This document shows, in pieces, positions 7,206 to 14,786 of a stretch of DNA of 15,971 nt. The translations under genes and the position numbers were made by a program. The stretch lies in NCBI GenBank assembly GCA_050125095.1, contig JASFEA010000074.1, positions 1-15,971 of the forward strand, in the 5' to 3' direction. The notes under the pieces were generated by a model that did not search any database, was not told the origin of the DNA, and saw only the letters and a program-made list of their open reading frames with translations. Position 1 is the first letter of the stretch. Each line of letters opens with the position of its first letter. This DNA comes from a bacterium (GTDB lineage: Bacteria > Arandabacterota > Arandabacteria > Arandabacterales > JALGWA01).

Positions 7206-8285
7206 TTGGAGGAGTCACAAGACCAAAAGACCCTGCAACCGACTCCGCGAAAGCTGGAGAAGGCGAGAGAGGGCGGAAAGGTCTTCAAGAGCAACGAGCT
7301 CACCGCGGGCATCATGATATTCGGGGGCCTCATCGCGTTGAGGCTGCTCTATCCCTGGTTCCTGTCGCAGACGACAGATGTTATAGCCCAGTACCTGGGC
7401 AACATGCAGCTGGCCGAGAACCTCTACGACGTGGAGACGTTGGCGACGACGACCATACTCAGTCTCTTCCGCATAGTCGGGCCGTTTCTTGGAGTGGTCG
7501 CCTGTGTGGCCCTCGTCGCCAATTACTCGCAGGTGGGTTTCATATTCTCGACCGGGCCCATCACGCCGAGCCTCGACAAGATAGATCCCATCCAGGGGGC
7601 GAAGAGACTGGTTTCGATGAAGACGCTCGTTAAGACGGGAGTGAATCTCGCCAAGGCCACTCTGGTGGGGCTCGTGTTCTACTACTCGATAAAGGGGAGC
7701 CTCAGGGAATACGCCATGCTCGCCGACTCGGACGTTTCGGAGATTATCCACTTCATAGCCGGAGAGGCTTTCGACATTGGCATCAGAGCGGCGCTGCTGC
7801 TCCTGGCCCTGGGTTTCGTCGATTACGCATATCAGAAGAAGGAGTACATAAAGAACCTCATGATGACGCATCACGAAATGAAAGAGGAGTTCAAGGAGCT
7901 GGAGGGAAGCCCGGTCACAAAGTCGCGAATCAGGTCGGTGCAGAAGAGCCTCGCAAGGCAGCGAATGATGAAGGAGGTTCCCGAGGCCACCGTCGTAGTC
8001 ACCAACCCGACTCATGTGGCCGTTGCCCTCAAGTACGATGCCGAGATCATGCAGGCCCCCGTGGTTGTCGCGAAGGGCAAGCGACTGCTCGCCGAGCGAA
8101 TCAAGGAAATCGCCGTGGCGCACGGAGTGCCCATATACGAGAACAAACCTCTCGCGAGAAGCCTCTATGACCTGGTAGAAGTCGGCGAGGCCATTCCCGA
8201 GAGCCTGTATAAGGCCGTGGCCGAGATACTCAGCTACGTTTACCGGCTCAGAGGCCGGTTTCCCGATACCGTACAGCAGCGATAA
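7206..8285 (+). CDS. flhB: Flagellar export specificity switch FlhB
   Basis: TTG start after GGAGG. KT..PTPRKLEKARE.G, KIDPIQG.KR, MKEEFKELEGSP..KSRIR, autocleavage motif VVTNPTHVAVAL, PVVVAKG, LARSLY. Confidence 0.96.
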   Translation: MEESQDQKTLQPTPRKLEKAREGGKVFKSNELTAGIMIFGGLIALRLLYPWFLSQTTDVIAQYLGNMQLAENLYDVETLATTTILSLFRIVGPFLGVVACVALVANYSQVGFIFSTGPITPSLDKIDPIQGAKRLVSMKTLVKTGVNLAKATLVGLVFYYSIKGSLREYAMLADSDVSEIIHFIAGEAFDIGIRAALLLLALGFVDYAYQKKEYIKNLMMTHHEMKEEFKELEGSPVTKSRIRSVQKSLARQRMMKEVPEATVVVTNPTHVAVALKYDAEIMQAPVVVAKGKRLLAERIKEIAVAHGVPIYENKPLARSLYDLVEVGEAIPESLYKAVAEILSYVYRLRGRFPDTVQQR

Positions 8286-8295
8286 GGAGTAGAAG

Positions 8296-10368
8296 GTGGC
8301 CAATATCGGACCGTTCAAGAGCCCGTTAGACATCATGAAGTACGGGGATATACCCTTCGCGATAGCGGTCATAGGAATCGTCGTCGTGATGATCATTCCC
8401 CTGCCGACATTCCTCCTGGACCTGGCTCTCTCTTTCAACATAGCGTTCTCGCTGGTCCTGCTGCTCACCGCAATATACGTGGTCAAGCCACTGGATCTTT
8501 CCGTGTTCCCGAGCCTCATGCTCCTGGTCACGCTCCTCAGGCTCTCGCTCAATGTCGCCTCCACGCGTCTCATTCTCGGCGAGGCCTATGCGGGGGAGGT
8601 CATATCGGCCTTTGGTTCGTTCGTCGTAAAGGGCAACTACGTGGTGGGTTTTGTGATATTCGTCATCATTATCGTAATCCAGTACGTCGTGATAGTCCGC
8701 GGTACTCAGCGTAACGCTGAAGTGGGCGCCCGTTTTACATTGGACGCGATGCCCGGAAAGCAGATGAGTATCGACGCAGATCTCAACGCCGGCCTCATCG
8801 ACGACATCGAGGCCATGCGCAGAAGAGAGGAGATCACGCGCGAGGCCGATTTCTACGGGGCAATGGACGGCGCCAGCAAGTTCGTAAGGGGAGACGCCAT
8901 CGCCGGTATCATCATCAACATCATCAACATCCTGGGCGGGCTCGCCATTGGAGTGCTCCAGAACGGCCTCCCGGCGGGCGAGGCGCTTCGCACCTACACC
9001 ACGCTTACCATCGGTGACGGCCTGGTGACGCAGGTGCCCGCGCTCATAGTCTCGACTTCGGCCGGTATCGTGGTCAGCCGGGCGGCGGCCGAGTCGCAGC
9101 TGGGGTCGGACATCTACAGGCAGCTCTTCTCGGGGCACAGGCCGCTGGCCATAGTGGGCGGTGCGCTGGGTGTTATGGCGTTCGTGCCCGGGCTGCCGAC
9201 TGTTCCGTTTCTGGTACTGGCAGGCATAGCGATGGCGCTTGGCTATACGATTCACAGAGGGGCCAGGGCCGCCGGGGCCGTCGAAGAGGCTCCGGCCGAA
9301 CCTTCCCAGCAGACCACGGAGGTAATCGAGGACCTGATCAAAGTCGACAGGCTGGAGCTCGTGATAGGTTACGGGCTCATATCCATGATCGATCCCTCCG
9401 AGGGCGGCGACTTCCTCGACAGGGTGACCGGTATAAGGCGGCAGCTCGCCGTCGACCTCGGCATTGTGGTGCCGCGAATTCGAATCAGGGACGACGTGCG
9501 TCTCAAGCCCTACGAATACGAGTTCAAGATCAAGGGCGCGCGCATAGCCAGAGGCGAGGTCTATCCGGGCCAGTTCCTGGCCATCGGCGACCCCGCAAGA
9601 CTGGGCGAGCTGGACGGCGCGGATACGACCGACCCGGCATTCGGACTGCCGGCCAAGTGGCTCGACGCGGAAGGCCGCGACAGGGCGCAGGGCCTGGGGG
9701 TGACCGTGGTCGAGGCCGCCGTAGCGCTCGGCACGCATCTGTCGGAGATAATAAAGACACATGCGGGTGACATACTGAGCCGCCAGGACGTCAAGGACAC
9801 CCTGGAAGACCTGAAGAAGGAAAGTCCCGCGGTCGTGGAGGAGGCCATACCGCAGATCGTCAGCCTCGGCATGGTGCACCGCGTAATGCAGAACCTCCTC
9901 AGGGAACAGGTTCCGGTCAAGGACGTGGTCTCGATCCTGGAGACGCTCAGTGACTACGGGCAGCACACCAAAGACGTCGACGTTCTCACCGAGTACGTCA
10001 GGGGAGCGCTGCAGCGTACCATATGCAACATGTGCGAGGACGACAAGGGCGTCTTATACGCCGCGACTCTCGACCCGCGGGTGGAGCAGGTCATCTCCGA
10101 GTCGGTCCAGGCCACCAAGTCGGGCATAACGGCGGTGCTCCCGCCGGATGTGGCCCAGAAGATAGTCACTGCGATCGAGCAGGTGACGAAGAACATGGCC
10201 GCCGGTTCGCACCGGGCGATCATATTGTGCTCCCCCAGCGTTCGGCTGCCGGTCAGAAGGCTCATAGAACACATGCTGCCGAGGGTGACGGTGATTTCCT
10301 TCGGCGAGATTTCTCCGGATTGTGAAGTTCACTCCATAGGGATGGTGAAGATCAATGATGAGAATTAG
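8296..10368 (+). CDS. flhA: Flagellar export apparatus protein FlhA
   Basis: GTG start after AAGGAG. LSVFPSLML..TLLRLSLNVASTRLIL, FHIPEP motif AEVGARFTLDAMPGKQMSIDADLNAG, FYGAMDGASKFVRGDAIAG, IGDGLVTQVPAL. Confidence 0.97.
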   Translation: MANIGPFKSPLDIMKYGDIPFAIAVIGIVVVMIIPLPTFLLDLALSFNIAFSLVLLLTAIYVVKPLDLSVFPSLMLLVTLLRLSLNVASTRLILGEAYAGEVISAFGSFVVKGNYVVGFVIFVIIIVIQYVVIVRGTQRNAEVGARFTLDAMPGKQMSIDADLNAGLIDDIEAMRRREEITREADFYGAMDGASKFVRGDAIAGIIINIINILGGLAIGVLQNGLPAGEALRTYTTLTIGDGLVTQVPALIVSTSAGIVVSRAAAESQLGSDIYRQLFSGHRPLAIVGGALGVMAFVPGLPTVPFLVLAGIAMALGYTIHRGARAAGAVEEAPAEPSQQTTEVIEDLIKVDRLELVIGYGLISMIDPSEGGDFLDRVTGIRRQLAVDLGIVVPRIRIRDDVRLKPYEYEFKIKGARIARGEVYPGQFLAIGDPARLGELDGADTTDPAFGLPAKWLDAEGRDRAQGLGVTVVEAAVALGTHLSEIIKTHAGDILSRQDVKDTLEDLKKESPAVVEEAIPQIVSLGMVHRVMQNLLREQVPVKDVVSILETLSDYGQHTKDVDVLTEYVRGALQRTICNMCEDDKGVLYAATLDPRVEQVISESVQATKSGITAVLPPDVAQKIVTAIEQVTKNMAAGSHRAIILCSPSVRLPVRRLIEHMLPRVTVISFGEISPDCEVHSIGMVKINDEN

Positions 10369-11467
10369 GAAGTTCACGGGACCGAACATCGCCCACTCAC
10401 TTTCACTCGCAAAAGCGGAGATGGGAGAGGACGCTCTTATCCTCCAGACGATGCGGAGGCGGAAGGGGGCGGAAAGCGTGGTCGAAGTCGTAGCCGCCAA
10501 CACCCAGGCGGCGAGGTCGGCGGGCGGCCTGGGAGCCGAAGGCTCCGGTGCCGACGCCGCTCGCCGGATCGCGCCCCCGGCCCCCGAAAGCGTGGCCGGC
10601 GGCCTCCGGGCGACGGACCTCAGCGTAATGCGGGAACTCGAGGAAGTCGGGCTTCATCTCAACAGCATAATGACGAGGATCGCCCCGCCGGCCTGGGATG
10701 ACCGGCGGAGGCGGCTCAGCGAGCTTCGCGTCAATCTCCAGAGCGCCGGTTTCGATCCCGGCCTGGTTCAGCGGAGATTCCTCAGGAGGGAGCCTGCTCC
10801 CGGAGGGTCCTTTGAGGCCTACCTCAGGGACCTGGTGGGAGACGTGCCCATCGAGGCCCGGGAAGAGAGAGTGTCGATCTTCGTAGGGCCTTCGGGCTCG
10901 GGCAAGACAACGGCGATTCTCAAGGTGGCAGCGATGCTGAGCGCCGACGGCGCGAAGCCGAGAGTGATCTTCCTGGGTTCAGGCCGCGCCGGGGGCTCGA
11001 AGAGCCTGGCGGCGTCATGCAAAGCGCTCGGGCTCAAGTTCAGGGCGATTCCGGATGCCGGCCGCCTCGCCGGAGAGATCATGAAGAACGGCCGGGAGCC
11101 GGTGCTCATTGACACCCCCGGCATAACAGGACTCAAGGAGGCCGACCTGGAGATTCTGGCGGGGCTCACCAGGGAAGTGGAAGGAGCGGTCATCAGGCTG
11201 GTCGTGAACTCGGCAACAGACCCGGTGAATATCCTCGCCATAGCTTCGTGCATTCCTGAGACGGCCAGGTTGAGCATGGTGCTCACGAAGCTGGACGAGG
11301 CGACGCGGATCGGAGGCGCGATATCGGCCGCGATAGGGCGGGGCATCCCCGTAGCCTACCTGACGGGCGGGCCGGATTACGAGTCGGGAATATACGTACC
11401 CGACCGCATGCTTCTCTATGACAGGATCGTCGAGGGGCTGGCGGAGACGGGGACCGGAGGCAAATAG
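10355..11467 (+). CDS. flhF: FlhF-like SRP-family GTPase (divergent)
   Basis: FlhF N-terminus (RIRKFTG..IAHSL..AKAEMGEDALILQT...VEVVAA), P-loop GPSGSGKTT, DTPG, TKLDE, GIPVAYLTGG. Overlaps the flhA stop. Confidence 0.88.
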   Translation: MMRIRKFTGPNIAHSLSLAKAEMGEDALILQTMRRRKGAESVVEVVAANTQAARSAGGLGAEGSGADAARRIAPPAPESVAGGLRATDLSVMRELEEVGLHLNSIMTRIAPPAWDDRRRRLSELRVNLQSAGFDPGLVQRRFLRREPAPGGSFEAYLRDLVGDVPIEAREERVSIFVGPSGSGKTTAILKVAAMLSADGAKPRVIFLGSGRAGGSKSLAASCKALGLKFRAIPDAGRLAGEIMKNGREPVLIDTPGITGLKEADLEILAGLTREVEGAVIRLVVNSATDPVNILAIASCIPETARLSMVLTKLDEATRIGGAISAAIGRGIPVAYLTGGPDYESGIYVPDRMLLYDRIVEGLAETGTGGK

Positions 11468-11474
11468 GACTGAT

Positions 11475-12260
11475 ATGATGGAACGCGATCGGGACCGCCG
11501 GGAAGGCGGGGGCTGCGGTCCGGCTGTGATGGACCGGGACGAAGCGGTGCGCGAGTTGATGTGGCTCGTCAAGTGCGTCGCCAGGAGCACAGCCGGGAGC
11601 CTCCCGGATTCGGTTGACGTCGAAGATCTCATCGGCGCCGGCGCCGTCGGGTTGATCCAGGCCGTTGAGAACTACGACCCCGCGCGAGGCGCGAATCTCG
11701 AAACCTATGCCAGGTACAGGATAAGGGGCGCGATACTGGATGAGTTGAGAAGGGGAGACCGGCTTCCCCAGGGAACCAGGGCCAAGCTCAAGAAGGTAGA
11801 GCGCGCGGTTGAGGCGTTGGAACTCAAGACGGGAAGGTACCCCACGGACGACGAGATCGCCCTCGAGGCGGGACTTGCGGCCGAGGATGTGCCAGTTCTC
11901 TTCTCGGCCGCGGCGGCGGCGGACCTCTATTCTCTGGAAGAGGTGTTCGAGTCAGCCAGCGGCGAGGCCAGGCTGGATCTGGGCGAAATCAACCGGGAGA
12001 CACCGGACCCGCTCAGCAGGCTCGAGCGCAAAGAACTGGAAAGGAAGCTCGTCCGCGCGATCAGGGACCTGCCGCGGACCGAGAAAATAGTCCTCAGCCT
12101 CTACTACTACGAGGGCCTGAGGATGAGGGAAATCGGGGAGGTGCTCGGAATAAGCGAGTCGCGAATCTCCCAGATCCACTCGCGGGCCGTGCTTCTGCTG
12201 AGGGGGAAGCTGAGGGCGCGCGTATGGGCAGGTGACCGGGATGGACCGGATAGACTTTGA
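11475..12260 (+). CDS. fliA: RNA polymerase sigma-28 factor FliA/WhiG
   Basis: LPDSVDVEDLIGAGAVGLIQAVENYDPARG..LETYARYRIRGAILDELR, GRYPTDDEIA, LSLYYYEGLRMREIGEVLGISESRISQIH. Start uncertain (11475/11478 or 11526/11529). Confidence 0.94.
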   Translation: MMERDRDRREGGGCGPAVMDRDEAVRELMWLVKCVARSTAGSLPDSVDVEDLIGAGAVGLIQAVENYDPARGANLETYARYRIRGAILDELRRGDRLPQGTRAKLKKVERAVEALELKTGRYPTDDEIALEAGLAAEDVPVLFSAAAAADLYSLEEVFESASGEARLDLGEINRETPDPLSRLERKELERKLVRAIRDLPRTEKIVLSLYYYEGLRMREIGEVLGISESRISQIHSRAVLLLRGKLRARVWAGDRDGPDRL

Positions 12261-12447
12261 GAGTTCCAGCGCCGTTGAGAGAAGCGAGCGTATACGCGAA
12301 GCGGAGAGGGCGCGCGGGGATAAAGGAAGGCAACAGCGCGAGAAGCGGAAGCGGCGCGTGAGACGAAGAGGGAAGCATGAGGATGCTGAGGCCGAACACG
12401 GGGGAGAGGGGAAGAAGACAGGCAGCAACCTCGACATAGAGGCCTGA
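12241..12447 (+). CDS. Small highly charged hypothetical protein (68 aa) ending GSNLDIEA
   Basis: Fills the gap between fliA and the PilZ gene (stop 2 nt before the next ATG). Purine-rich coding strand and a C-terminal G-x-x-L-D-I-x-A motif. Confidence 0.65.
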   Translation: MDRIDFESSSAVERSERIREAERARGDKGRQQREKRKRRVRRRGKHEDAEAEHGGEGKKTGSNLDIEA

Positions 12448-12449
12448 CA

Positions 12450-12878
12450 ATGGAAGAGAAGAGCGAAAGAGAACTGGTGGACAGGGAGTTTGTGAGGGTC
12501 CCGACGTCCATAGAGACCAGGCTGGTACTGGTCGATCCCAGCGGTCTTATACCTCATGACGGCTGGGTCAAGGGTGAGATAGTGGAAATCGGCGGCGGTG
12601 GCGCGAGAATACGGCTGGCCTTCAAGGGCGAAGTCGGCGACGCCGTAAGCGTGCGCTTCCTCTTCCCGGACACCGAAGAGGAAATGACGATGTCCGGGCG
12701 GGTAGTCAACGCGTGGCGGGAGGAGGGTCTCACCAAGGTCTGCGTGAAATTCGTGGGCGTTTGTGAAGAAGAGACCAAGCGCCTTCTCACATATGCCTTC
12801 AGGGAACAGATCCGCGAGTCCAAGAGGCAAAAAGCCCCCGGGCCCCCTGAGGCCGGAGGACAATTAGATGAAGATTGA
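12450..12878 (+). CDS. Stand-alone PilZ-domain protein (flagellar brake-like C-terminal domain)
   Basis: RxxxR motif (REFVR), variant second motif EIGGGG, GRVV strand, CVKF, and terminal helix YAFREQIRE similar to YcgR/DgrA-type PilZ domains. Confidence 0.85.
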   Translation: MEEKSERELVDREFVRVPTSIETRLVLVDPSGLIPHDGWVKGEIVEIGGGGARIRLAFKGEVGDAVSVRFLFPDTEEEMTMSGRVVNAWREEGLTKVCVKFVGVCEEETKRLLTYAFREQIRESKRQKAPGPPEAGGQLDED

Positions 12879-13695
12879 ACTCATAACTGACGATATTAGA
12901 CCTGCGGGACATACAGTCGAATACGACGGCAATGTCGAAATCGTGGGCACGGTCAAGTCCGGCGCGCGCCTGGAAGTCAACGGTGACATCGGCATCTTCG
13001 GCAATGTCGAGGACGCCGACATAGTTGCCGCCGGAAACGTCATGATTGACGGCGGTTTTCTCGGAACAGGCGGAGGCCGTATAGCCTGCCACGGCGGTTT
13101 CAAGGCCAGGTTCGTGCAGGGACAGCGCATCGAGGCCGGCGGCGACGTGAAGGTCGCCAAGGGCCTCATCTCGAGCACAGTCTATGCCTCGGGACGCGTG
13201 CTGGTCGGCAAGTCGGGCGGAATCGTCGGAGGAGAGACACACGCCTACCGCGGCGTGGAGGCCGGGAGCCTCGGAAGCCCGAGACCGGTGACGACGGTCA
13301 TCAAGGTCGGGATCGACCCTGCGGTGAGCATGCGCATCGAGGAGCTCGAGCAGGAGGCGATGAGCCTGGCGGCGAAGAGAATACGCTATATCAAAGACCT
13401 GTCCTTCGTGGGGAGTCAGGAAGGCGCAGGGTCGGAGGAGGCGATGAGGGACCTCACGGCGGCAAGCAGTGCCGTGCAGGCGGAGCTCGTCTCCCTTGGG
13501 GAAGAGATAATGAAACTGAGGATGGCCAGCGAACTCGCGAAGGACGCGACGATTGCCGCGCGCGAGCAGACCCATCCTCCCCTGGATGTGGCCATCTGCT
13601 TTTCGAAGATAATAAACGAATCCAGGACAGGACCTGTCGTGTTCAGGCTACTGGACGATCGTATCGTATTGGACACTTGGAACCTGGGGTGGTAA
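12868..13695 (+). CDS. DUF342/FapA-family protein, C-terminal beta-solenoid part only
   Basis: Repeating G-[ND]-V-x-I-x-G-x-V units (YDGNVEIVGTVKSG.RLEVNGDIGIFGNVEDADIVAAGNVMIDGG), GGIVGGET.A, LGS....TVIKVGIDP, then a coiled coil. SD GGAGGA at 12855-12860. Confidence 0.82.
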   Translation: MKIELITDDIRPAGHTVEYDGNVEIVGTVKSGARLEVNGDIGIFGNVEDADIVAAGNVMIDGGFLGTGGGRIACHGGFKARFVQGQRIEAGGDVKVAKGLISSTVYASGRVLVGKSGGIVGGETHAYRGVEAGSLGSPRPVTTVIKVGIDPAVSMRIEELEQEAMSLAAKRIRYIKDLSFVGSQEGAGSEEAMRDLTAASSAVQAELVSLGEEIMKLRMASELAKDATIAAREQTHPPLDVAICFSKIINESRTGPVVFRLLDDRIVLDTWNLGW

Positions 13696-13699
13696 ACCA

Positions 13700-14587
13700 A
13701 TGGAGAATAATTCAAAAGACGACAAGAACCTGGAGAAGTTTGCGGTAAACATCCCTCCCTTCCCGAGAGCGGCCCAGCAGGTCATGGGTATGCTCAGGGA
13801 CCCGAGAGTGCAGATACCCAAGGTGGCTGAGATCGTCGCGCTCGACCAGGGTTTCGCCACCAAGGTTCTGCGCATGGCTAACTCGGCCTATTTCGGGCTG
13901 CCCCGGAAGGTGTCCAATGTGACGGAGGCCCTCGTGCTCCTGGGATGGGCCAATGTGAGAATAGTCCTGATCTCGGCATCGGTGGGCCCGATTCTCTGTC
14001 GCGGTCTCAAAATCTACGGCATGGAGGAAGGAGTGCTCTGGGAGCATTCGGTCGGCTCGGCATTCGCCGCGCAGATGCTGAGCAAGGACCTCGCTCCTGA
14101 TGTATATAACATGTCTTTCACCTCCGGCCTGCTCCACGACGTCGGCAAGGTGGCCATAGATATGCAGCTCAGGGGCGAATTGCGGAAGCAGTTCATCAAC
14201 CTCCCGAGAACCTCAAGCCAGGATATTGCGGAGCGGGAAGTCGTCGGTTATACGCATGCCGAGATCGGCGAGTACCTCTGCAGAAGGTGGAATCTCCCCG
14301 AGGAGATAGCCGAGGCCATCAGGTTCCATCATGAGCCTTCGGGCGCCGAAGGCGCGCTGGCGGGAGTGGTCGCGGCGGCGGATCTCATTGCCAATACCAT
14401 CCTCAAGGATGGCCGCGAAGTCACCCTGGCCGATATGGGAACCGCCCCCCGGGGTACCTTCATGCCCGGCGCGGACCTGCTCGTGAGAGTGACAGACGAG
14501 CTTCCGGCCATGATCGCCTCTGCGCGCGAGCTGCTCGGCGGGACCTCCGAGGTGGTCTCAGTGGGCGCCGACGGCGAGGAGAAATAG
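13700..14587 (+). CDS. HDOD-domain protein (HD superfamily)
   Basis: IPPFPRAA, DQGFATKVLRMANSAYFGLPRKVSNVTEALVLLG, LWEHS, FTSGLLHDVGK, EREVVGYTHAEIG, WNLPEEIAEAIRFHHEP. Confidence 0.93.
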   Translation: MENNSKDDKNLEKFAVNIPPFPRAAQQVMGMLRDPRVQIPKVAEIVALDQGFATKVLRMANSAYFGLPRKVSNVTEALVLLGWANVRIVLISASVGPILCRGLKIYGMEEGVLWEHSVGSAFAAQMLSKDLAPDVYNMSFTSGLLHDVGKVAIDMQLRGELRKQFINLPRTSSQDIAEREVVGYTHAEIGEYLCRRWNLPEEIAEAIRFHHEPSGAEGALAGVVAAADLIANTILKDGREVTLADMGTAPRGTFMPGADLLVRVTDELPAMIASARELLGGTSEVVSVGADGEEK

Positions 14588-14594
14588 ATTCCGC

Positions 14595-14620
14595 AGGGCG
14601 GAAATTCTTTCCGCCCTTTC
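14595..14620 (+). terminator. Possible intrinsic terminator or palindromic operator
   Basis: Perfect 10-bp inverted repeat AGGGCGGAAA-ttc-TTTCCGCCCT (14595-14617) 7 nt after the HDOD stop. The U-tract is short (TTTC), so the terminator role is uncertain. Confidence 0.5.
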
Positions 14621-14677
14621 CTCCGCAATTCCGGGCCGCCCCGACACTGCCCGGGCGGGCCCTTCAACCTCTCTCCC

Positions 14678-14690
14678 TAATCGCTTGATA
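14678..14690 (-). promoter_or_regulatory. IHF binding site (consensus WATCAANNNNTTR)
   Basis: Reverse complement reads TATCAAGCGATTA, an exact consensus match about 48 nt upstream of the sigma-54 box. Confidence 0.65.
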
Positions 14691-14737
14691 TAACGCCAGA
14701 TAGCCCGCACCGGCCATTGCCCCTTTCTGCGCGCATG

Positions 14738-14753
14738 TGGCAGGGTAATTGCT
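14738..14753 (+). promoter_or_regulatory. Sigma-54 (RpoN) -24/-12 promoter for flgFG
   Basis: TGGCAGGGTAATTGCT has GG-N10-GC spacing with both TGGCA and TTGCT half-sites, about 33 nt upstream of the flgF start. Confidence 0.85.
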
Positions 14754-14786
14754 TTTATAAGGGGCGGAGAAAAAGCGGAGGTGAAT

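Noticed and set aside
7215-9966. Long minus-strand ORFs (452 aa and 546 aa) opposite flhB/flhA, and similar ones opposite flgE, fliL and fliA
   Set aside because: They are antisense shadows of conserved genes, expected from high-GC codon bias, and show no recognisable motifs.
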